Source: Guillardia theta CCMP2712
Lineage: Eukaryota > Protista > Cryptophyta
Direction of reading: 5' to 3'
Length of the DNA stretch: 64,000 nucleotides
Assembly: GCF_000315625.1 (NCBI RefSeq)
Contig: NW_005434594.1
Coordinates: 304,482-368,481, forward strand
The position numbers and the translations under genes were made by a program. Every line of letters starts with the position of its first letter. Positions within the stretch are counted from its first letter, which is position 1. The notes under the pieces are model-generated. The model was not told the DNA's origin, did not search any database, and worked only from the letters and a program-made list of their open reading frames with translations. Below are positions 53,397 through 64,000 of this stretch, piece by piece.

Positions 53397-54422
53397 CAAT
53401 GGTTCGTGGCGCACACAGCAAAGACAGACCACCTTAGCAGCAGTTGACGATCCTTTGTAGTCCAGGGTACTCCTGCTCAATAAGATTGCTTCCTGCCGAG
53501 GCTTGAGCTCACCTTCGCAGAGCTCTGAAAGAGGATTGCGACAGGTTGGAGAAGAGTAGGGTAGATGAAAATGCAGAGAATGGTTGAACTTGACTGTCAG
53601 TCTTTCTGCTCCCCAATGCTCGTCTTCATCACTTTAAGGGTATTGATTATACAGAGTTACATACATCATCACGACTCCTCAAGCGCGATCTTTGATCTTC
53701 TCGGCTCCATTCACACTTGTGTTGTCGAGTGAATCATAGTCGTTGATCATAATTGTGATGCTTTGAACGCATGATAAGTGGAGCGTTCATCCCAAATTTG
53801 AAGATCCGAAAAAGAACTTTTCCAGAGATTTTGTGCTTCATCGAATCATCGATTCTTTCTTCCCGTCGCTATGGTTGTAACAGTTTCCCGTGATCATTGT
53901 CGCAAATTTCATGATGATGGAAGGCAAATAAAGGAGAGAGAGAGGGAGATTAAGGAGGGAAAAGAGGTTGACTCAATTGTTTGTTCTTACTTTGCTCACG
54001 TTCATATCAAGCCATGTTCACTTTCTCCATCTGAGGTGTCATGAGCATCATCCCAGCTGCTCATCCGCTCAAATTGTGTTGGGACTCCATGTCAACGGCA
54101 TGAATTCATGGGAGAGATCTCTGCTCGATTGTCTCGCAAAATTGACAATGCACTGTCCTTGTTATCACTCAGTTCGAGCCAACCCCGTTCAGGGCGTAGG
54201 GTTGGCAGCATGTTGAAATGTCAGACATACTGCTTGTTTTGATGTTGCGACACATCTTGTTACCATAAAGCACTCTCGATCAACCTTATCTGTTCCATGC
54301 ATCGTTGAATATTGGGTCTTCGTTGCATCCAATCGATACACTTTGGGGCATTGGAATGAATAGTATTTTATTTCTTTAATGCGACAGTTACACTAATCTC
54401 AACATGCTACATACAACCGAAT

Positions 54423-54608
54423 TTACGAGCGGTTGTAGAAGTAGTCCCAGTGGTTGCGGGCGCGGACCCAGTCATCGTAGGCAGCAGCATCGTTGGCCTT
54501 GTAGTAGGTGTCAGCGGAGGCGTTGTAGAGCTGGCGGGCCTGGGCGTTCTGGCCGGCGGCCTTGGCGTAGAGGGCAGCAGCGGTCTGGCCGTAGAGAGTC
54601 TGGAACAT
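54423..54608 (-). CDS. 61-aa Ala/Tyr/Asn-rich small protein, copy 2
   Basis: Same protein as 46807-46992; probable 5'UTR intron 54609-54832 (GTGAG..CTAG) and a TATA-like TATAAG near 54870. Confidence 0.9.
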   Translation of the reverse strand: MFQTLYGQTAAALYAKAAGQNAQARQLYNASADTYYKANDAAAYDDWVRARNHWDYFYNRS

Positions 54609-54899
54609 CTAGAGAGAAGGAGTCAACAAACATTCAACACTTGATTCCACAACACAACCACATCTCCATCTATCTACCCTCACCCCAACTACACTCCCCT
54701 GATGCATGGGGAAGAGAAGGTAAGACGAAGAAGGTTCACTTCATCGCTCCACCATCTCTTCTTCCCTTCATCATCTCTTGACCATCATAATAAGATCCAC
54801 ACATATTAGCTTCAATGACATTTTCGTCTCACCTTCCTAGTGCGTGAATGTTGCTTGATCTCGTCTTATATTGAGCTCGTTCTATTTCCGGGATTCCCG

Positions 54900-56340
54900 A
54901 TTTAGACCACCCACCCTAATCGAGCTCCGTTCACAATTGTCCTCAAATGTACCCCTGTATTTCATAGTAGATCGATGGGTGAAAGACGATTTCTGATACA
55001 CACCGGTGATACAACCACCCCCTGTTGTGTGACCTGAGCGGTACTGTCGTGAGACCAGTAAGCACATACGGTAAGGTGGGTGGTGGTAAAATCCCAGGAG
55101 GGGTCATGGCTGTTTGAGGGGAAAGCTAGGGGTGTCAAGCTACCTACTGTTGAGTAAAGAAGGTTGGATGAGTCGGAGCCGCCCGGCACGGGCCCGGATG
55201 TCCGATTTGCCGCAGTTGCGGCCGGAACTGAGAATCGTCCAGGCCGGCCCGGCGCCCGGCCGCGGGCACTCACAGCTTCTGAGACGTCGATCAGAGTAGC
55301 CTAGTGCCGCACATCAGTGTGGCAGAAAGAAGGAGCGAAACTCAGAGCTGGCAGTGGGTCGGCCCGGGGCCCGGGACCCGGGCCGGGCCGCCCGGGCCGG
55401 CGTATGCGAGCCAAGCCCGCAGCATCATGAATCATCGGAGTCCGGGCCGGTGATCCGATCATCGGATCATCCGATGATGATCTCTCCCGGCCCAATGATA
55501 CTGGGCCGTCACGGCGCCGCGTGGCATACTATGGCATAGCCTAGCCTACGGTCACCGATCCCGGCACCGACCATCGGACCGGGCCAGCGGCCGCGCCGCG
55601 CCTGAGTGTCCGGGCCCCCAGCCACTGCAGCCTGGCCGGACCGGCGAACGGTCGACCCCGTCACTCAGAACTTCGGAAACGACCGTACTATACGAGCCCC
55701 CGGCCCTGTGTCAGCTCTCAGAGTCTCGCTTCTCCGAGTCTGCCGCAGTGCGGGCCGCTGCCACCGCGCACATGATCAGTCTTGACCCAGACAGCCAGGG
55801 CCTTGCGCCCGAGGCCGCAGTGCGGCTCAGTGCCGGCCGCGCCGGCCCGGGCCCTCACTGGCAGGGGCGGCCGCGAACTTCCGAAGCCTTGAAGGAAGCC
55901 CGGCTGCCGGCGGGGCCCGGGCCCGGCGGGGCCATAGCGTTGTCGGGTCAAGGAACTTGCTGACAATTGGGATTTGTACCATCTTCACTCAAAGTTAAGT
56001 TAAAAATCAGTACGAGGACAATAATGAACCAGATCCAGGCGTTTTCCAGTACAAAATTGTGTGTGAGTAAAAAATCCAAGGATTGGAAGGTTGGAAAATC
56101 CATTTCCAGCGCTGCAAGTTCAACGGCAACCGGGGGTAATTGAGAGCTTAGATAAGTAAACAGTTGTTCCTATTGCCTTTGCATAGGATCACTTAGGGCC
56201 TTGTATAGTGGAGTAATGATTTGTACCAGAACCTGATGGGTAGGCGTGGTAATATTTCAAATGATTCGAACCCAACGGACGCGACAGGGGGGTGGGGGGT
56301 ACAGGTCTTGGTCTGGTACTGTAATGGGTACCTTTTAAAA
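54900..56340. promoter_or_regulatory. TACCC block / GC-palindrome block (55170-55950) / conserved AT motif / TACCC block
   Basis: TTGAGTAAA at 55150; CAAAGTTAAGTTAAAAATCAGTACGAGGACA at 55990-56020. Confidence 0.5.
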
Positions 56341-58969
56341 TACATTTAGCAGAGGTGTCTCCCTCCCCATCTCCCTGCCCTCCACACTTGCGCATCCCTA
56401 TCCTTCCCTGTCCATGAGTCTCAGACTCTCGTCAGACCTTCCCTGATGACCCTCAACTTTCTTTGACGCCTCTGTCTGCCTTGTCCTTCCTCAACTTGCT
56501 GGAAATTCAAACTCTGAAACCATGCCCATGAGTTGACAAGCACTGAGTTTCTCAGTTTGAATGCGGGAGGAAAGATGATTCATGGAATGAAACCCAGGTG
56601 TGCATATATCAAGCTGATGGATACGAGTCGTATAGCACTGGCAAATGACTGTCATTTTACTTCTCAATGATACAGCATCAAGAACTTGCTCTCGATCCAT
56701 CAGTACTTGCAAAGGGTCATTTTTCAGACAGAACTTCGAGTTCATCTTTATTTTGCGTCGATCCACACGATGACATCTGGTTGATACACTATGTTTCATG
56801 AATAGTAAGAAAGAAAGGCTGAACTGTGCACCGCTTGATTGAATTTTCTACAATACTCTTCAATTGTGTAAGAGAGCATGTCACATGTAATCATACCAGG
56901 CAAACAAGTCACAGTATCGCTCCAAACCGCGTTGTGCTTGAAACTGAGACTCTACATGAAGATGTTATCGGACTAGTCGAATGATGTACAACTTTATGGT
57001 GATACGTGGTTTAGAACTGTTGCAAAGCGGAAATGGGAATATGTAGCGGCCTAGGTGATGTTTTCAACGTACTTCAATAAAACAAAGCCAAGTTGTTGCT
57101 AACAACATCATCATTTCTCCATGAGCCTGCATGACCTGATGTACATGTTAGAGAAGTCGATGCTCGTTCATCAAAAGAGTGGTTAGACAAGAAATTGGTA
57201 GATACTTCTGCGCAGCATTCTTGTGTATGTGGAATCGTGCACACTCACCGTCGTGTGGAAGTGTTTGCACATTCTTCTGCGCAAGTCTCATACCTTGTCC
57301 TTATCATCTGGAATGGTTGACTTTCGCTGCAAGTAATATGAGCAGCGCAAAGTTGGCAAACTTATCCATATGGTTGGAATGCCGGCGATGTATTGCAGCC
57401 TGCATAGCACCTGAGCGCTTTGTTCCACTTATCGCTTGGTTCCAAACAATTGATGATATCGCAGCATGCAACTCGCGTTGGCCCAAGGATGTCAAGCGAG
57501 GAAAAGATCAGAATGATGGAAGGGCAAGAATGCAGCGAATAAGAGAAGCTGGTCAGGCTCAGTTTACTTTGTGTAAGAAAATGCCAATGCTTTGTACATG
57601 TTAGGTTACAAAGAAAGAGGCAAGAAAGCTCTGGTATGAGAAGAAAGATTTATTCAAAAGGGTATGTCCATTTTCGTCTGCATGATTCAATCGGATCCAA
57701 CATCAATCAACTGCTCCTGATACCATGTCAGTCTAGTCAAAACAAAGATATCAGCACCTTGAAAATTTCTTGCTTCGACTCGAGGTGAAGGAAATGAAAT
57801 ATGTTTTACAATTCTATAAGGGGTATCGTTTTGTCGCTCAAAAGCGTCTTGATTGTAAGTCATCAAATGGAACACGACATGCAATCAATTTGCAAGTCAT
57901 GCCTTCATGTGGTACCTCATCACTGCCATTTGATGAATGCACTGGTATTCCTTGAAACTCTTTACATGCCTTGGCAATACTCTTGCATATTGCTCAGACC
58001 GCCCTCAAGCCCGACTCTTTGCAGCAGATTCCTATAAAATAAGTACAGATCATGCTTGCTTCATGACTTCCTACTTATTGCTCATGAGAGTCAATGTCAT
58101 CCATCGTACAGCGCCACTAGCGGACGGTCCGTGCGGAGTACTCCTTATTCAAGCTGCTAAACTTGAATCTATGATGATCAACCCTCTTTACATGTGTTTG
58201 CAATCACAGAGATGTTTTCAGACTGCTGCGCTCACACCCGGCCCAGATTCTGCAGGGATTGCCTCTGCTTGTCCTCGTCTGAGCTCTCCTGATGCAGATG
58301 AGTCACGTCTGCGTAACATTCACTTGCTAACCTTGGATATGCAACCAGGGAAGGGAAGGGGCAAGGCTTGAGAGCTCCCTCTGATCTACAAGGGTGGTCT
58401 ATGTTGGTCGGAGGCAGGGTAGGGTCCAAAACTTGACCCCATCGGAGAAGGCACTTTCACTGGGAAACAGGTGGGTCCAAAGCATCATAGTTTGAACAGG
58501 GGAGGTACCGCATCAACTATTTTGGTACAAGTTTTCCTAACAGTACTCGAATATGTACCATAAAATTGGTACTGTTGGTACAATTATTTGCTACCAGGAA
58601 GTACCCTACCCCCTTAAACAGGTCCCAACCAATTTGAATCAGCTCCCAGCCGTCTGACCCACTCCAGACCCCAACTGCCATTTGCTATTCACATATGTGG
58701 AAGGATACCCCCACAGAAAACTATTGGAAACCAGAGGGGTCAGTTGAGAGCGACAACGCTATGGCCGCTTCAAGTGTTGAACCGGGCCCGGGGAGTGCCG
58801 CACTGCGCAAACGGAAGTTTCTGCAAGAACTACTCCCACCCCTCAGGGCCTCTGGAAACAGTGACAAAGACTGAGATCGGACGTGACAGGGGTTCAGTCA
58901 GGCTTTTACCGTACGGCTGAGGGCCTCCCGAGTCCAGTTTTTATTGTTATTTTTCAAACTTTACTCACA

Positions 58970-59028
58970 AAGTTGCAAAGTTGCAAAGTTGCAAAGTTGC
59001 AAAGTTGCAACGTTGCAAAGTTGCAAAG
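58970..59028 (+). repeat. (AAGTTGCA)n 8-bp tandem repeat, ~7 copies
   Basis: Directly visible; one variant unit ACGTTGCA. Confidence 0.95.
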
Positions 59029-59347
59029 CTGTGGCCGCATCGGGGGATTTCATGGTGCTGGAATGCCAGGGCGGGAAGGAGGACTGCAGGCAATGGCGTT
59101 CGGCTTCCTGTGCGTCCTCCTCCTCTTCTTATCCATGGCAGTAATCCTCATGTTCCTGCGAGAGAGCATTGTCCTTGCTCTATGACAGACACAACCTCGC
59201 GCCATGGGGTGTTTTCCTTCGTCATTCTGACAGCCGAGGTTGCCTGGGGGTATTCCATGTCCATGATATCGAGCTAAGCTTTCTCAGTGTGATTGTATGG
59301 TTGAATGGGTACAAGTGAAGTGAATTTCTTCATTGAGTTCATGTTTC

Positions 59348-61323
59348 ATGGTCCATGTCCTTGTTGCTCTCTTGCTCGTCGGGGCGACCTCCGGCGCCAT
59401 GGTAAGCTCGGGAGCCATCGAGACTCTGAACGGGAGGATGGGAGCGAAGAGACACCAGGAGATATCTGTCTGTGGCATGCTGCTTCCTCCTCCGCTGGTC
59501 CTGCAGCTGAGAGGAGGAACAAGAGGTTCGTCGTCAGGTCGAGGATACGGTAGGGGAAGGAAGTCTAGCAGAGGTGATGAGAGCATATAGTCCTCCTCTT
59601 TCCCTCTCCCCGTCTCTTCATCTTCCTCCTCCTCCCTTTCTCTCCACCTTCCTCTGTTCCTCTTCCCCTCTCTTCACATCTCTTCTTCTTCCTCTCTTCT
59701 TCGCTTGTCCACATCCTTATCTTCTCCTTCTTTCGTCCTCTTCTTCTCGCTCTCTGACTTCTTTCACAAGGCGGGGTAGCTGAAGCCGTGTCCTCGGGGC
59801 AGGGCGGAGACCTAGATCTCACCTCCTATGACAGCAGGCAGCAAGCAAGTGTCTCAGAACTTCACAGCACACCGTCGCAGAACACGAGGAGCAAGGGCCG
59901 TCGACCCCCTGATAGCCTAATGGAGGTCGACAACGAGCAAGGACAATGTGCTGTCAAGACTCCCGCACAACAGAGGTGAACACTCGATGTTGAACGTGAT
60001 GCATGGACGCTGCGGGTGGCATGACACAAGTGATGCCAGAGCGCGGGCCACACGGTCGAGGATCGTCACCTTTGAAGAGCGGTCACCCACCGTTCACAAC
60101 AAGTCGAGCTACTTCCTCTACACTCCACTAGAGAAGCGCCTGCAGCAACTGTCCTCGACGTCGACAGGACGGCGCGGTCTCGCCTTTCTCACGTTGAGGT
60201 CGTGCTGTCGGCTGACCTGTCACTTGGTTCAGGTTCCAACAGCATGCGATCCTCGTCCCGCAGCTCCCTCCCCCACGAGCAGAACCTTCGGTCTCAACTC
60301 ATCCTTGCTCTGAAACTCGGCAGTTGACTGTGTCTGGGATGCAGGAGGAGTAGAAAGGGCCGTTCGAGGAGGAGCAGCGTCGAGAAGGCTGAGGATAGCC
60401 TCGCATCCGTAAATGATCTTTCCAGTGCTGACTGCCGCTGCTCATGGAGATCCTGTTGTTGTTGGCAGGCTCAAGATTCGATGGACCTTGACATTGAACT
60501 GTCGTCGAGCGTTGGAACTTTGTCGAGCATGGAGGCTGCGAAGCACTCGACCGAGTCGCCGCTTTCCTCCTCCTCCTCCACTTCAAGGTTGAAGGCAGCG
60601 CCACCGTCGCAGCGCTCGTCAAGGAGTGGGAGTGGGAGGAGGAGGAGAACTCCTTCGCGGTCTCTTGCCTCGCAGGAGAGCTCGATGTCAAGTAGGACAG
60701 GCTCGTCAAGGCAGTACAGGTCCAGAAGGACGTCGAGCTCGCATGCATCTGCATCGAAGCAGGAGAGCGAGGCGAATGTGTACGACGATGGCTGGCTGGT
60801 GCCGCACTACAACAAGTGGGAGGTTGAGACGCGAGCAGTGGCATTGCTAGTTCTTATGCTTGTTCAGGTCCCTTGCAAGTTTGTTGGATGTGACGGAGTC
60901 GAATGCAAACAATATGAGAAGAAGTGAGCTGGAGGGAGAGCAAATGGAAAAGCATCGGGAGGAAGTGGCGGGGGGGGGGGGGCTGGGAGGGGAGAGGGAA
61001 GGGGAAGAGGAGGATCGGGAAGAAGAGGAGAGGTAGGGGGCAGGAGGAGGAGAAGGAGTCAGTGGTGTTGGAGGTTGACGGGGAGAGGAGGGGAGAGATT
61101 CACGGGCTAACAAAAGAACATGCGCAGGGTCAAGACTCTGCGCAAGTGGAAGATTGGCGATCGAGTGATGACGATAGATGGAGCAGGGGAAGTGATCGAT
61201 AAGGATCTTTCTATCAGACCTTTTCGTGTCCGTCTTGACACCCAGGAAGAAGCTTGGTATCGCCCAAATGAGGTGAAGCATGATGATGATGACGATGACG
61301 ATAATGATGATGATGATGATGAT

Positions 61324-61379
<56 letters not shown>

Positions 61380-61411
61380 CGATGATAATGATGACGATGA
61401 CGATGACGATA

Positions 61412-61454
<43 letters not shown>

Positions 61455-63808
61455 TGATGAGGATGACGACGATGATAATGATGACGATTGAGATGACGAC
61501 GATGATGATGATGATGATGATGACGATGATGATGATAATGATGACGATGGAATTGATGATGATGAACATCAGATCAAGAGGGAACGGAAGCCCAAAGGTG
61601 AAAGTTTTCAGCTCTCTGCATCTCTGTTCGGCTTTGGAACAGACCTCCACAGCCAGGAGCAGGTCGATAAAACGTTCTCCGAGCTCTCCGACACCTCTGC
61701 CTCGGCCCCTCCGGAGGAGGAGGAGCCGGAGCCAACCGCTCGTTCCTTCCAAGACTACATCCGCCTGAAGCAGGAGGCGACTTTCCTTGATACCTTCGGC
61801 CCATACGCCGACAACTTTCGAGTCCCCTCCTACGTTCAGTTGCTAAGGGAACTCAACGACTCTGAAGTGCAGGGGAGGCTGTGGAGTGCTGACGTGGAGG
61901 TAGAGGGCGACAACGGCACAAGATGGTTCAGCTCGATCAGGATGGACGTGCTGCAGAACCTGACGGCTTTCACCTCTGAGAACCTCACGTTGGAGGACCT
62001 GTTTGTCAGGGACGAAGACGAGGAGGAGGTGAAGGAGGTGGAGCGATGGCGGGAGATGGCGAGGGAAAAATCGTGCCCGACATGGACGGAGAAGTTATTG
62101 ACAAGGATGGAGCCGGGGACAGATCAGCTGAGAACCAAGTCCTTGAAGGAGCTCCTGCAGCGAGCATACAACTTCACAGAGGAGGAAGCAAGGGTTGCCA
62201 AGAGGGCGTACCTGTCCATGGCGTCGTTGGGGAGGAAGCTGCGACTGTCCAACGTACGGCAGGCGGTGGAACAGGTGCTGAGTCGAGATTCAAAGTTCCC
62301 TGCAATGAAACCGATGGCGCGGCTGGTGAGGCAGATGTGCGAGCATATCCCGACGCTGGAGCTGTTTCCCTTCCTCAACATCGGGCATGAAGAGACGCTA
62401 CTGCCCGAGGAGAAGATGTGGGAGGTCGACACGGAAGAAGAAGGGGAGGGAGGAGGAGAGGGAGGAGGAGAGGGAGGAGGAGGCGGCGTCAGAGATCTCC
62501 GCGAGGGCTCGGATGGGATGGAAGGAGGAGAAGGAGTGGGAGCAAGGTGTCTTGGAGGGGAGGGAGGAGAATCGGTAGGCAAAGGAGAGAACTCATCTGA
62601 AGGAGGAGGAGGAGGAGGAGGAGGAGGAGGAGGAGATTTCAGACCAAAACCATCCTACAATGGGACGTACACGAAGATCGGCAAGGTTTACGAAACCGAC
62701 ATCCTCCTGCGAGACTTCTGGGATGCAAACTCAACCAACAGCCCTTTCGAGGCTCCTGATCCCATCCCGCTGGAGGTAACAAGAGGCACGAGGACGATGG
62801 GACCTGTTGACGCTTTGTGCAGGATTATGCCAGCGCTGTGTATGAGCTGCAAGATGCGATCGACGAGGAGAAGAGGAGGAGGAGGAGGATGGCAGGCAGG
62901 GGAGAGGAGGAAGGTGGGGAGGACGAGGAGGAGAAAGGTCCGTTCATCTTCTACGACGACGACGGCTCTCCATTGATGGGATGCGTTCACTGGAATGACG
63001 TGGCGGAGGGGAGATACGTATGGGGTTCTGATGAGGAGGAGGAGGAGGAAAACTGGAGGAAGAGAACGTCTGCAGATGCACTGGGTAACCCTGCTGCTGC
63101 TCCTCCTCCGCCATCTCCTCCTCCTCCTACGGAGACAGAAATGTCGCTAAGGAGCAGCTTCAACTTCTCTGCGATGTTCGCCAGCTCTCTTTCACGGGGG
63201 AGCCAGGAGCAGGAGCAAGAGGGCGAGAGAAGCAAGAGGAGGGCAATGGTGATGGAGGTTGGAAGCAGTGGGAGAAGTGGGAGGGAGGTGGGAGGGGAGG
63301 AGGAGGTGAGGAGGAAGGGGCGTGAGAGGAAGGAGGAGGGAGGGGTTGTCTTCATCGGCGGATACGACGGGTTCAACTACCTTTCGAGCCTCGACAAGTT
63401 CTGTCCCAGCAGCCTCACTTGGGACATGAAGTGCGCGAGTCTGCAGGGATATGACGGGTTAGTGTGGAGGATGAGGACGAAGACAAGGAGGAGGAGGATG
63501 ACGAGGAGGAGGAGGAGGAGGAGGAGGAGGAGGTGGTGGTGGTGGTGGTGGTGGTGGTGGTGGTGGTTGATGATGACGAGGAGGAGGACGAGGAGGACGA
63601 GGAGGACGAGGAGGACGAGGACGAGGACGAGGAGGAGGAGGAGGAGGAGGACTGACAGCTGAGACAGGATGGTGGCGAGCAAGCGAGGGTACTTTGGCGC
63701 TGCGAGGGTGGGGGGAAAGTCTTCGCGGTGGGAGGATTCTATGCGCTCACATCGGGGGGCAGGTGAGAAACTGTGACCTGTGGGACGAGTATCCTACTAC
63801 TGCTACTT

Positions 63809-63840
<32 letters not shown>

Positions 63841-63877
63841 AATGATGATGAAGATGAAGAAGAAGAAGAAGAAGAAG

Positions 63878-63909
<32 letters not shown>

Positions 63910-64000
63910 GATAATGATGATGATGACGATGATTATGGAGTTGATGGAGATGATGATGGAGATGACAATGACAATGGAGATCACAATCGAGATGATGAAG
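59348..64000 (+). CDS. Signal-peptide + LQLRGG leader protein with an SH3-like segment and C-terminal Kelch repeats; incomplete at the window end
   Basis: MVHVLVALLLVGATSG..LVLQLRGG; WKIGDRVMTIDGAGEVIDKDLSIRPFRVRLDTQEEAWY; VVFIGGYDGFNYLSSLDKFCP..W / KRGYFGAARVGGKVFAVGG. Joining all exons into one gene is inferred. Confidence 0.6.
61280..61565 (+). repeat. (GAT/GAC)n compound microsatellite, intronic
   Basis: Directly visible. Confidence 0.9.

Noticed and set aside
46034-56020. A ~10-kb composite transposon bounded by the inverted conserved AT motifs
   Set aside because: No transposase or TSD is seen, and the motif also occurs unpaired at 7976 and 18139.

Overview
This is gene-dense eukaryotic nuclear DNA, most likely from a cryptophyte alga (Guillardia/Hanusia-like). 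That assignment is inferred from the ~45-60 nt GT/GC-AG introns, microsatellite-filled longer introns, bipartite signal+transit leaders with an aromatic +1 residue, and an LxLRGG leader motif. About 22 protein genes can be supported: ARM-repeat protein (partial), Sfi1-like repeat protein, EF-hand protein, bZIP factor, UTP23, AGTRAP-like membrane protein, RPB9, secreted GH5-like protein (with a rearranged inverted pseudocopy), plastid bS21, HxxxD acyltransferase, aftiphilin-like protein, tandem-CBM20 protein, DNAJC21, SRSF1-like protein, a basic plastid-targeted protein, a C2H2 protein, a plastid-targeted PX+ubiquitin-like protein, two inverted copies of a 61-aa Ala/Tyr-rich peptide gene, a plastid-targeted EF-hand protein, heme oxygenase, a hypothetical protein and a partial Kelch protein. 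The most notable observations are three. (1) A recurrent non-coding module, a TACCCC/GGGGTA-word block plus a palindrome-rich CpG block with shared AT-rich motifs, sits on the 5' side of genes and not between convergent genes. (2) The twin micro-peptide genes are nearly identical in CDS but have unrelated flanks. (3) Several proteins have unusual domain architectures. Exon structures were read by eye and boundaries are approximate. There are two assembly gaps.
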